From Alphaproteobacteria bacterium (lineage in GTDB: Bacteria; Pseudomonadota; Alphaproteobacteria; SHVV01): 64,000 bases of DNA. Below, piece by piece: positions 9,238 through 19,033 of this stretch. Position 1 is the first letter of the stretch. Each line of letters begins with the position of its first letter. The notes beneath the pieces are model-generated. The model saw only the letters and a list, made by a program, of their open reading frames with translations, had not been told where the DNA came from and made no database searches. Made by a program: the position numbers and the translations under genes. The stretch is taken from positions 3,360,001 to 3,424,000 of the forward strand of contig OZ253470.1 in the NCBI GenBank assembly GCA_965261735.1, written 5' to 3'.

Positions 9238-10533
9238 TGACCTGCCCCCGATTAGTGGTCCAGCGCTTAAGTTAGAGTTTGGCGCGGGTTAAGTTGATGG
9301 GCCGACCGTAGCCCCTCAACAGCGTAGGTTGGCCCCTCAACGTTTTGCAAGATGGTTTCTGGGGCCGGCGGTCTGTATCCGAGCGAGCTATGCGGCCGGA
9401 TGGTATTGTAGTGATGCCGCCATCGTTCGATCAGCACTTTGGCCTCCTTCAGTGTAGAGAAGATCTCCGTGTTCAAGATTTCGTCCCGGAGCTTTGAGTT
9501 GAGGCTCTCGTTGTATCCGTTCTCCCAAGGTGACCCGGGCTCGATATAGAGGGTCTTGACGCCGATCCTGCCGAGCCAGTCGCGGACGGCATGAGCGGTA
9601 AACTCTGAGCCGTTGTCGGAACGGATATGATCCGGCGGGCCATGTTGGACGAAGAGCTCGGTCAGACAATGGAGTACATTGTCCGAGTTCAATCTTCGCT
9701 CGACGACAACGGACATGCACCGCCTGGTGAACTCATCGATCACGGTGAGCATGCGGAACTTCCTCCCATCGTGTGTTCGATCCATGACGAAGTCATAGGA
9801 CCAGACGTGATTGGGCCAGCCCGGCCGCAGACGGATGCAGGATCCGTCGTTGAGCCACAGCCTGCCCCGTTTCGGTTGCTTCTGTGGGAGCTTCAGCCCC
9901 TCCCGCCGCCGTCGACATATATGTCGACCGCTGGACCCGCTTGGCGTTCACGTGCCAACCTTCGGTCCTGAGCAAGGCAGTGATCCGCCGATAGCCATAT
10001 CTGCCATACTGGCTGGCCAAGCGGATGATCGCGGCCGTGAGTGCCTCTTCATCATCCCGGCCACGGGGTCTCTTGCGCTGGGTTGAGCGATGTTGGCCTG
10101 AAACAGCACAGGCACGTCGCTCGGAGATTCCCAGTTCGGCCTGGAGATGATCAACACACTGCCGGCGACGGGCGGGGCTTAGCAATTTCCCTCAAGCGCC
10201 TCTTTCAAGATCAGCTTATCCAACGTCAGATCCGAGATCGCCTTCCGGAGACGGCCATTCTCCTTCTCCAGGTCCTTCAGACGCTTGGCCTGGTCAGTAC
10301 GAAGGCCGCCATATTCCTTGCGCCAGCGATAGTAACTCTGCTCCGATACGCCGAGCGTGCGACAAGCTTGACCAATGGAGTGGCCCTGCGCCAAGGCCAC
10401 CTCGGCTTCGCGAAACATGCTGATAATCTGTTCCGGGGTGTAGCGTTTACGGCTCATTTTGTCCTCCTTTCGAGGGGGCAAAATGCGCCAAACTCTCTTA
10501 ACAAATCTGGACCACTTTTAGGGGGTCACTCCA
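9238..10533 (-). mobile_element. IS3-family element (orfA from 10458; orfB broken at ~9911-9928)
   Basis: IRs TGACCTGCCCCCGATTAGTGGTCCA / TGGACCACTTTTAGGGGGTCACTCCA; MSRKRYTPEQII orfA; rve core IRSDNGSEF…PGSPWENGYNES. Confidence 0.92.
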
Positions 10534-10781
10534 CAATGCGCCAATGTGATTGGGCAGTTGATCGACGCCAGAAAGTAATCTCTCCCCGTCTTGATAGATG
10601 GGCATGTGCCTAACATTCGCAGGCGGTGAACCAGACGACGGATTCACCATTAGTGTTGACTGGGGGTTGATACAATTATTAAACCACAGATGTGGAAATT
10701 TGTATCGTGCCTATCCGCTTTACGCATACACACACTAGGGGTAGATTGTGTGCGTAAGTTGGCGTGTCAAAACATCCTATA

Positions 10782-12066
10782 GGGCACCTCTAAGAATTGG
10801 TGAGTTGCCGGAGGATATTGTTTAACTAGGCTGTCACCAGCTCCAGCCATGCCGGAGCCGAGATTTTCGGGGTCTTCCACGCTCCAATTGAGTTATTTCG
10901 CTTCAAGACCGTCCCCAGGCGGTCTTCTCCTCCGAGTATCGTCACACGGCCGCCGCGAGACGCTCCAGTTGGACCAGGCGGCGCATGTTGTAGGCGAGGT
11001 TCTTCAACCCGATCCGCGCCTTCGCCCGCACCAGCCCGACACTACGCACCAGCGTCCCGCCCATGTCGTTGCTCTGGGCCCCGAAGACATGCTCGACGCG
11101 GACCCGAACCGACGAACGGGTCTTGTTGCCTTGCTTCTCGCGCTCGCTCAGCGGCTTGTTGCGGCGGCCCTTGCGATGGATCCGGCTCCGCAACCCCTTC
11201 TCCTTCAGCGACGCCTCGATCTCCGCCGAGCGGTAAGCGCTGTCCGCCCACACACCCAAAGCCGTGTTGTCCCCATCCAGGATATCGTCGAGGACTTGGC
11301 TGTCGTGCTCCGCCGCGTCGCTCACATGATAGCGCCGCACCAGCTTGTGCCGACGGTCCACGTTGACATGGTTCTTGTAACCGTAATGGCTCTTGCCGTG
11401 CTTCTTGGTCCACCGCGCCTCGACATCCTTTTGGCGCCGCTTTGCCGGCTTGTCCTCCCAACCTGCCGGCGTCTCGCCCGCCTTTATCCGCGCGTTCTCC
11501 TCGCGGCTGTTGCGCTGTTTGGGTACGGCCACAATCGAGGCGTCGATGATCTGGCCGCCCATCGCCAGATAGCCCTGATCCTTCAGGTAGCCATCGAACG
11601 TCTCGAATAAAGCCTCGATCACGCCAGCTTGCGTTAACTGTTCGCGGTACAGCCACACCGTCTTGGCGTCGGGAACCCGGCCCTCTAGACCCAACCCCAG
11701 AAATCGCATGAACGACAGGCGGTCACGGATCTGATGCTCAACTTGGTCGTCCGAGAGATTGTAGAGCGCGCACAGAATGATCGTCTTGAACATCACAATC
11801 GCATCCCACGGCTTGCGTCCCGCCCGCGATTTGCGCACCTTGTCCGCACGCCGCCACACCGCCTCAAGACGGGCGCGCAAGTCTTCCCACGGAACCACCC
11901 CGTCGATCTTCAAAAGCGGCTCGTTCTTGGCGTCAAGACCGGAATACCGGTTCCCAAGATCGAAAAACCCCATCTGACCCATCAACCACGCCTCCCGCTA
12001 TCAACAAATCGTCAACCCGATTCTAAATCGACGACGCCCGAAAAAGGAGAATTTTTAGAGGTGCCC
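10782..12066 (-). mobile_element. intact IS5-family element
   Basis: IRs GGGCACCTCTAAGAA / TTTTTAGAGGTGCCC; TATA target duplication on both sides. Confidence 0.92.
10942..11985 (-). CDS. IS5-family transposase
   Basis: LSDDQVEHQIRDRLSFMRFLGL, IIDAS, GYKNH, ADSAY, RVRVEHVFG. Confidence 0.93.
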   Translation of the reverse strand: MMGQMGFFDLGNRYSGLDAKNEPLLKIDGVVPWEDLRARLEAVWRRADKVRKSRAGRKPWDAIVMFKTIILCALYNLSDDQVEHQIRDRLSFMRFLGLGLEGRVPDAKTVWLYREQLTQAGVIEALFETFDGYLKDQGYLAMGGQIIDASIVAVPKQRNSREENARIKAGETPAGWEDKPAKRRQKDVEARWTKKHGKSHYGYKNHVNVDRRHKLVRRYHVSDAAEHDSQVLDDILDGDNTALGVWADSAYRSAEIEASLKEKGLRSRIHRKGRRNKPLSEREKQGNKTRSSVRVRVEHVFGAQSNDMGGTLVRSVGLVRAKARIGLKNLAYNMRRLVQLERLAAAV

Positions 12067-12533
12067 TATATATAGTGTGTGTCTGCATTAACCGGATAGG
12101 CACGATTTGTATATCTATAACTATTTGATATTACATATAAATCTTATAAAGAACTTAGGTTCTTGAAAATGTCGATCAGATTGTTGGGTCGGAAGATGCT
12201 TGGGGGGACGCGCCGTAGCCCGCGGACCATGGGCACCGGCCACTCGGCACGGCTGCGGCGTCACATACGAGACCCGCAGTGCCACAACCGCACAAGCCGC
12301 CGATCATACGAATGCGACGTGCCCACCGGCCTCACGCCGCAAACCGCCACCCAAGCCCCCATCCCGGCGGCTTCTTCAGCAGCCTGCTAAGCAGCTATCG
12401 TCCTTATCCGGTTGGAAAGGCCGATTATACCACGCCCCGGGGCACGACCCTGACCTGGGAGACAACGGTCACTCAACACGGCAACCGATTCGCAAAATTC
12501 GGTATAGTGCGAAGGCTAAAAATAGTCACCCGA

Positions 12534-13370
12534 CTATGAGAAATTCGGAATTCCGGTCGGCGGCCGAACATTCCAGTCTAAGCGTTTCAAGTCGATATCG
12601 CCTTGAGTGCGGCGCATATACGCAAAACGTGTGATCGATCTGGTTAATGAAATTCCTTTGTCCTGTATGTACTTGGCTTCCATCCTCTCGAACGGATCAT
12701 CTCCGCGATGATGTCCGGTACGATAGAAATCGACAAAGTCCTCGTACTCGTCTTTACACCAATGCTCTCCATCGCTGCACAGAGCTAAATAAATATCCGT
12801 TTCAACCTCAGCGGTAAGTTCCGCTTTTGCGATCTTTGTTTCAAGCTCAACTGCGTACTCAAGCATTCTGCCTCGCGCCGCGAACATGTTGTGCCACAGC
12901 TCACCACCTAGCCAATTGTTCTCTAACCCCACCTGGACGTTTTCCGGAAACCAGCCCTCTTTTTCGGCGCGCTGATACTGCTTCCACCGATCCCGTGGTT
13001 TTGGCTTAATGGTCTTTATATCAACATAAACAGTACGTCCATTTCCTAACGATGCCCGTAAATCGATTGTCTTTTTCGTGCCGGCCAGTTTGGGTTCATA
13101 CTCCAACCGATCTACCGTGGGGTCCGGGTTCGATAAAATAGCATAGGCGAGACACAGTTCGTTGTGGGCTTCATCAACCCGGCTAAACATCTCGCGACCG
13201 TTCTGGAGTACACTCTCCACTGATCTTAAAAATTGATCAATTAGCCTCCGACCATCCGCGAAACGATCATCACTACTCTGAAATCGAGTGGTAAAGGTAT
13301 CAACTACGCTCGTCTGATAACTTTCAATCCATGAAACGTCATCCTCCGTGCGGAACCAGTCAGAACTCAT
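12534..13370 (-). CDS. hypothetical protein with a PD-(D/E)xK-like nuclease motif
   Basis: 278 aa from ATG 13370, AT-richer than flanks; HNELCLA…YEP…KTIDL…VYVDIKT pattern; true start uncertain. Confidence 0.6.
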   Translation of the reverse strand: MSSDWFRTEDDVSWIESYQTSVVDTFTTRFQSSDDRFADGRRLIDQFLRSVESVLQNGREMFSRVDEAHNELCLAYAILSNPDPTVDRLEYEPKLAGTKKTIDLRASLGNGRTVYVDIKTIKPKPRDRWKQYQRAEKEGWFPENVQVGLENNWLGGELWHNMFAARGRMLEYAVELETKIAKAELTAEVETDIYLALCSDGEHWCKDEYEDFVDFYRTGHHRGDDPFERMEAKYIQDKGISLTRSITRFAYMRRTQGDIDLKRLDWNVRPPTGIPNFS

Positions 13371-13579
13371 CTGGGATACCCCATGTTGGAACCGATCCAC
13401 GCGGGAAAGCGTGCCAAAATCGTTCCGGATTGGCAAGCCGCTTGCTGCTGACGGTCGGCGTTGGCCACGTGCGCGATAGAGGGGGCTGGGGGCCCTGGCG
13501 GCGTCCGATATTGGGTTCGACACGACATTCGAGACGCACCGGTCCCGTGATCGGCCAGCGGTGATCGGTCTGCCGACGG

Positions 13580-13718
13580 TCATGCCGGACTTGGATTCGG
13601 TCTGAGCCGGTCGATGCGGCGCAGGATGTCGGCGAATAGGTTACGAGGAATGACAACCTCGGCTATCTGGAACGTGACGTAGCGCCCGTGGCGCACGATC
13701 TTCGCTCTCCGATCTTTC
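13580..13718 (-). pseudogene. IS1380-family transposase C-terminal fragment
   Basis: AKIVRHGRYVTFQIAEVVIPRNLFADILRRIDRLRP. Confidence 0.8.
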
Positions 13719-14058
13719 GCATGTCGCTCTCGCCCTCGGCCTCGCCGCCTGCCAGAAGGGCCTTTCCGTGCGCTTCGCCACAGCCTCCCATCTGGTCCAC
13801 GAGCTGATCGAGGCACGCGACGAGAAGAGGCTGCTCCGCCTCCAGGCCCAGCTCGCCAGGGTCAATCTCCTGATCGTCGACGAGCTCGGCCACGTGCCCC
13901 TGTCGCAGACCGGAAGCGAGCTGCTGTTCGACGTCTTCAGCCGGCGCTACGAGAACGGCGCCACCATCGTGACCTCAAACCTGCCCTTCCAGGAATGGAC
14001 GACGGTCTTCGCCAGCGAGCGCCTCACCGGCGCGCTGCTCGACCGCATCACCCACCAT
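13715..14058 (+). pseudogene. istB: IS21 helper ATPase fragment
   Basis: LGLAACQKG…LLIVDELGHVPL…TSNLPFQEW…ALLDRITHH. Confidence 0.88.
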
Positions 14059-14327
14059 GAGGTGGCCCCGCCTATTCGGACAGCTCGGAAAGCACCCACA
14101 TCGCTGGGTTTGCCGCTACGGGCGTGTCGCGGAGCTTGTGGTGCAGCGCTGTCACGTCCTCGGGCGCGATTTCCTTCAGGGCCTTTGGTCCCAGGGCGGG
14201 AAAGATCAAGCACCCAAGTTAGAATGGTCCACAATTTGAACGACACCGCCGACACGGAAGAGACATTCGCCCGAGCAGATTGTTGCCCACCTGCGTAAGG
14301 GCTACTCAAATCCAACCTCCTGTGTGA

Positions 14328-16877
14328 TCAAATCTCCACTTCCAGGCAACCACACTTGCCGAACACACTACGGTACATGTTGGGATGTATCGTCCATTTT
14401 GGCTTCGCTCCTTGAGCCACCAAGGTACGATGAACAATGCCAACCAATGAATTTGGCTTCGTTGGCCCAGTCGGCGACATATCGGCCTCGTTGAACTTTC
14501 CAGTCCCTACAACGAGGCACGTCGCGATATCTTCAATCCAATGCTGCTCGCCATTTTGTTCCAGGCGAAGGCTCCCAAGGTCGGAAACTCTGAATCCCAA
14601 CCTATTGCCCGCGTTCATAAGATGGGAGAGGTTTGATAGTAGCCAATATATCTGCCCCTCTGATGTAAGAACCGGGATGCTCTGCAGCACGTCTATTGAA
14701 TCGTAATTAAAATCACATAGCGAGTAACTCAACCAAACCGACTCTAAAGGTGACAGCTGACCTTGCAATTGTTCGACTTGCTGCGATAGCCAAGCTTCAA
14801 CCGCGCTTCTTGGTGCTGCAATCTCTCCCGGCTCTCGCTTCGCGCTACGCGGCAGGTAGTGGATCACTCCGACAAACGAATCTCCCGAATGGTGCTCGTC
14901 GCGGGCAGTCAGACCACCGACCGACTTAGCCGACAGGAAGTCACATGGACCGGCGCGGACAGTGCTGATCGCCGCCAATCCATAACAGGTGTTGCCATCA
15001 CGAATCTCCCGTAGACGGATGGACAGCGGGATCACAAGACCCGACGCTTGTTGATTTACCCCTGCCGAAACATACGAGAGCTTACGCAGCCATTCTGCTT
15101 CTTCTCCTGCATCGGGAGGAAATCCCCCATGCACCTGCTCCTGCTCATTATCTGTTTTGACCGAGACCGGAACGTCAATGCCGCTAACCAATGCCGCCAC
15201 ATACGCGAGGAAAGACACATGCAGATCTTCCTGACCGATGATCGCGCGTCGAATTTGAATATTTTGCGGGTCAGACATTACCCCCGGCTTAAGCACAAGC
15301 TCCACACGAGTGCAGAGATCCATTGACAAATCTTCTGGCCTTTCCTCAGTGAGTGTAGGGCGTAGACTAAGGCCGTTAGCAAATGACAAACACCGCACTT
15401 CCTCTAAGCCCTTGTCGAATCGTCTAGAGAACACGCGCGCGCTACTTGCTGCCATAAAAATAGAAAAGAAGCCAATGCCATATCGACCCCTTGGTGAATG
15501 TCCGGCAGCATGAAGCCCCGGAAACTCCGAAGAGACGCGTTCAGACGCCCAGAAACTACTACCGAAATCCAAGAGATCTTCGCATAACGTTCTGGCGGAC
15601 ATGCCAACACCGTCATCGTCCACCTGAAGAACATATTGGTTGCCCCTTCCGTGACGACGAAGGGCAACCCTTATGTTACCTCTAAAGTTTGGTTGTCCAC
15701 CAACTAGGCGCCGTGCCGATATAGCGTCTGCGGCATTCTGGACCAGCTCCCGCAGTGCGATGTTTAATCTATCGGCATTTGTGCCATATAACTGCTCACC
15801 ACCCAAGCTTCCCACCAATGCTGCTACGTCTGATACATGGACCGAAGAATTCGTGGGTTCCCAGCCGTCTGTCTCGATGTACTTGGCGAGCTCTCTTATA
15901 TTGCCCGCAGCCGCAACGCTCCTACACGCAAATCGTCGCCCGGTTCGTGTCCTTGAGGAAAGCACATCATCACACTGCTTCAGCTCCTTATCGAGTTGGT
16001 CAACCAAGTCAAATGCAACCCACCATCCTGCTGCCTCGGCTTGTCTGAAGGGCGCGGTGGACGCCACAACGGCTTGCGAGGGATCGTCGTGCTTTACCGT
16101 TAGCTGCCCAAGATGGTTCTGAGCGACCCAATGCGCTCGTGAGACAGAGTTCATCTCGAGAATCTTTAGCAGGAAGGTCGGGGCCCGAGATGAGTCAATG
16201 TGCCCTGCATCGGCTGCTCTGAGCAGGCACGCAATCAGAAGCGTATCTGCCGTCCATTCCTGGCGAACAAAAGGGGCGGGCGGGCGTGGAATTGAAAACC
16301 GTTCCGCCACGTCATCGATTTTCCAGTGATGCGACGAGGCTATCTCGCCTATCAGTGCACCATATTGGGTTCTCAAGTCAGCGTCGTCGATGATGTATTG
16401 CGGACCTTCTCCATTGTCCCAGGGCTCAGTCGCAAGGTTTGCCGCCCTCAGCGCGTGTAAGCTTCTCAACGCTTCAAAATCGACTGCGGTGAGGTCGATT
16501 GCGCTTTGATTTGCTCTTTGTCTGTTCTGCGCATCCTTCCACTGTACCGTTCCCCGAACAGCGGACTGCCCTCCAGAATAGGCTTCAAAGCAGAGGGCGG
16601 CATCGTGCAACAGGACAGCAACCCCAAACAAATACCCTTCTAGCGGGTTTAACGAGAATTCGTCGCCTGAGATCGTACCCGCCACGGTCCAGAGACCGTC
16701 TAGGTGTGACAAGTCGTGCATCGTCAAAGCCGGGAGACTAGAGGCAATCCTTGTCGTTAACTGGCCCACGCGGTCCCGGGCGCCACGAAGAGAAGTAACC
16801 AATCGACTGACTCTCCGGTCATCGGAATCTGCAAATGTCCGCTGCCATAGCGGCGATTCTTCCATCGCGTTCGTCAT
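14328..16877 (-). CDS. HD-CE domain + Hsp90-like GHKL ATPase fusion protein (putative conflict/defence effector)
   Basis: LTMHDLSHLDGLW…LLHDAAL…SHHW…LLRAADAGH (HD-like); LRELVQNAADA, DDDGVGM, GRYGIGFFS (GHKL boxes); 849 aa. Confidence 0.8.
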   Translation of the reverse strand: MTNAMEESPLWQRTFADSDDRRVSRLVTSLRGARDRVGQLTTRIASSLPALTMHDLSHLDGLWTVAGTISGDEFSLNPLEGYLFGVAVLLHDAALCFEAYSGGQSAVRGTVQWKDAQNRQRANQSAIDLTAVDFEALRSLHALRAANLATEPWDNGEGPQYIIDDADLRTQYGALIGEIASSHHWKIDDVAERFSIPRPPAPFVRQEWTADTLLIACLLRAADAGHIDSSRAPTFLLKILEMNSVSRAHWVAQNHLGQLTVKHDDPSQAVVASTAPFRQAEAAGWWVAFDLVDQLDKELKQCDDVLSSRTRTGRRFACRSVAAAGNIRELAKYIETDGWEPTNSSVHVSDVAALVGSLGGEQLYGTNADRLNIALRELVQNAADAISARRLVGGQPNFRGNIRVALRRHGRGNQYVLQVDDDGVGMSARTLCEDLLDFGSSFWASERVSSEFPGLHAAGHSPRGRYGIGFFSIFMAASSARVFSRRFDKGLEEVRCLSFANGLSLRPTLTEERPEDLSMDLCTRVELVLKPGVMSDPQNIQIRRAIIGQEDLHVSFLAYVAALVSGIDVPVSVKTDNEQEQVHGGFPPDAGEEAEWLRKLSYVSAGVNQQASGLVIPLSIRLREIRDGNTCYGLAAISTVRAGPCDFLSAKSVGGLTARDEHHSGDSFVGVIHYLPRSAKREPGEIAAPRSAVEAWLSQQVEQLQGQLSPLESVWLSYSLCDFNYDSIDVLQSIPVLTSEGQIYWLLSNLSHLMNAGNRLGFRVSDLGSLRLEQNGEQHWIEDIATCLVVGTGKFNEADMSPTGPTKPNSLVGIVHRTLVAQGAKPKWTIHPNMYRSVFGKCGCLEVEI

Positions 16878-17161
16878 GTCCTAGTCCTGACTGGCCCCCG
16901 AATGCCGCTTGGCGGCGTGAACCTCGTCAAAGGGACCGCACCCTGTCAAGCAATGCCACACTTCCGAGCTTCGAGCTACATCCCGAACGCGCCGAGGCGC
17001 GGGGCTCGACGCTGGATGACCTGATTTCTTCAATCGGCCTACGTCTACCGCCGCAGATGACAGTCCAGATCTGGATTTCTCGTGATTCCCAAAACCAAAT
17101 TTTGAACTCACTCTCAAGAATCAAAAACCCCCGAAAATGTACGTTGTTTCAGTGGTTTGCT

Positions 17162-17205
17162 TGATTGCGGGGCAGGATTTGAACCTGCGATCTTGAGGTT
17201 GTGAG
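17162..17205 (-). other. degenerate 3' half of tRNA-Met (att-site relic)
   Basis: Minus strand CTCACAACCTCAAGATCGCAGGTTCAAATCCTGCCCCGCAATCA aligns with the tRNA-fMet 3' half; no 5' half; integrases adjacent. Confidence 0.75.
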
Positions 17206-17811
17206 GGAGATTCTTCGCCAAACGCCACCATCAGTGCCCTGCAATCGTCATGCACCGACAGCCGTGCGCTACATTTCGGGCGCGTCGCAGGACGTCGCCG
17301 CCGTTATCGACCGCCGGGTCCCCGGTAGGTGGACGCGCCAGCGTCACTACAGAATATCCGTTGCAATGCTGCCGGCGACACGTTCCGCCGCCTCGTGGAG
17401 GGAGTCCGGCGCCAGATGATGTTTTACCATCCCAACACTACTAGGGAAGAAAGTGATCATTGAGATCATAAAATCACTGATCGATGTTGCACAGTATGCA
17501 GTGCGACCCGGACGGGGAGATCTAGTTCATAAAAAAACTGTCGGAGTCTATAAACCCTAAACTGAATGTAATCGATGCTTTGGCTGAACAGTGGCCAAAA
17601 TACGTCCTCGGTCCGTCCAATCCCTTGACATTACTCGGCCCCGACATGCCCTGCTCTTTTTTTGGGGTAAAATGAGCTTTACCTTCATATAAACAAACGC
17701 GTTGTAAGCGTTAGTGGCAGTGCAACGGCCGAGATCGCGCCCCAGGCTTCAGCCGGATTTGCCGTACTCGATCGGCGCAGATCACCCCGTACTGATTGAG
17801 GACAAACTTTT

Positions 17812-19011
17812 TCAATTCGTAGAGTGCATATGCTTGATATTGGCATTCAGAAGGTCTGCCCCGATGCTGGCCGCAATCCTCGCCGCCGATGCCTGCATCG
17901 AGTCCCGCGCCAGATGGGCGTAACGAGCCGTAGTTTCGACCTGGCTATGGCCAAGCAGTCTTCCGATCATCGGCAAGCTCTCACCGAGCGCCAACGCCCG
18001 GCTCGCAAAGGAGTGCCGCAAGTCATGAAGCCGCACGTCATCCAGCACGGCGCGCGCCCTCACCCGATGCCAAAGAGCGTCGACACTCGTTAGACAGGCA
18101 CCCGGTTTCTTGCCGGGAAAGACCCACGGATTACCGGGATCGCGCGGCAGGTCAGCAACAAGCTTCGCCGCGGCCGGCGACAGAGGAACCGCCCGCGGCC
18201 CGGTCTTGGCGTCCCGCAGATGCAATTCGCCCTCGTCGAGATCGACATCCTCCCAGCGCAGCGTCAGAATCTCGTTGCGCCGGCACCCGGTCAGCATCAG
18301 CAGCCGGATCGCCGCTGCCGCTTGCGCCGAGACCCCGCCCTCAACCACGGCCTCGCTCAATAGCCGCCCCAGACGGCGGAACTCCTCCTCCGTCAGGAAC
18401 CGCTCCCGCCTGCGCTCCTTGTACTTGACCAGAAAACGGCACGGGTTGCTTCCCTCCGGCGCGAGGCCCCAGGCCTCTGCCTGATTGAACATCCGTGACA
18501 GGGTGGCCACCACCCTGTTCGCCATGGCCGGCACATCGCACAACTTGTAATGCATCTCCGTGACATGTTCGCGCTCGACCGCCGCCAAAGGGACCTCACC
18601 GAAATCCGGCAGGATGTATTTGCGGATCACCCGGCGGCACCGCACCGTTGTCCCAGGTTTACAGTGCACCGCCATGTGCTCCTCCAGATACCGTGCCGCG
18701 AGTTCGGCCACTGTCGGTCCCGTCCGCGGCGCCATGGGCGCGGCGATCGGCTCCTCGCCCGCCTTGACGCGGGCGATGATCAGCGCCGCCCGCCTGCGCG
18801 CCTGGTCCGCGGAAATGACCCCGTGGCGGCCGACCGTCACTCGCTTCGGACCGCCCGGCCCGCGGGTCTGCGCCACATAGACCTTGGCCCCCGACGCATA
18901 GGCGCGCATCCCGAATCCGGTCAGCTCCCGATCCCAGAACACCGTATCCTTCTCCACCTCGATCGCCTCCACCGTGCGCTTCGAGATCGTGCCGTGCCGC
19001 AGCTTCGTCAT
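17812..19011 (-). CDS. tyrosine recombinase/integrase with N-terminal arm-binding domain
   Basis: WDRELTGFGMR arm domain; TGCRRNEI, DAKTG, HDLRHSFAS, LLGHSQVETTARY. Confidence 0.93.
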   Translation of the reverse strand: MTKLRHGTISKRTVEAIEVEKDTVFWDRELTGFGMRAYASGAKVYVAQTRGPGGPKRVTVGRHGVISADQARRRAALIIARVKAGEEPIAAPMAPRTGPTVAELAARYLEEHMAVHCKPGTTVRCRRVIRKYILPDFGEVPLAAVEREHVTEMHYKLCDVPAMANRVVATLSRMFNQAEAWGLAPEGSNPCRFLVKYKERRRERFLTEEEFRRLGRLLSEAVVEGGVSAQAAAAIRLLMLTGCRRNEILTLRWEDVDLDEGELHLRDAKTGPRAVPLSPAAAKLVADLPRDPGNPWVFPGKKPGACLTSVDALWHRVRARAVLDDVRLHDLRHSFASRALALGESLPMIGRLLGHSQVETTARYAHLARDSMQASAARIAASIGADLLNANIKHMHSTN

Positions 19012-19033
19012 CGTTTCCCGCTCACTACAATAT

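Larger units (their letters stand above)
10706..12104. mobile_element. ~110-bp IS1595-type MITE interrupted by IS5
   Basis: 32-bp imperfect TIRs (CGTGCCTATCCG…CACACACTA / TAGTGTGTG…CGGATAGGCACG) flanked by an exact 8-bp duplication ATTTGTAT (10698-10705, 12105-12112); TIRs resemble those of the IS1595 at 35965-37070. Confidence 0.8.

Noticed and set aside
8741-9292. 183-aa transposase
   Set aside because: Chimera of an IS3 orfA start, an IS1634 fragment and an IS3 end.
12200-12390. Coding region
   Set aside because: Looks like a decayed IS5-type right end (…TTCTTCAGCAGCCTGCTA); too degraded to annotate confidently.
17162-17205. Functional tRNA
   Set aside because: No 5' half, altered anticodon loop and no CCA end; treated as an att relic.
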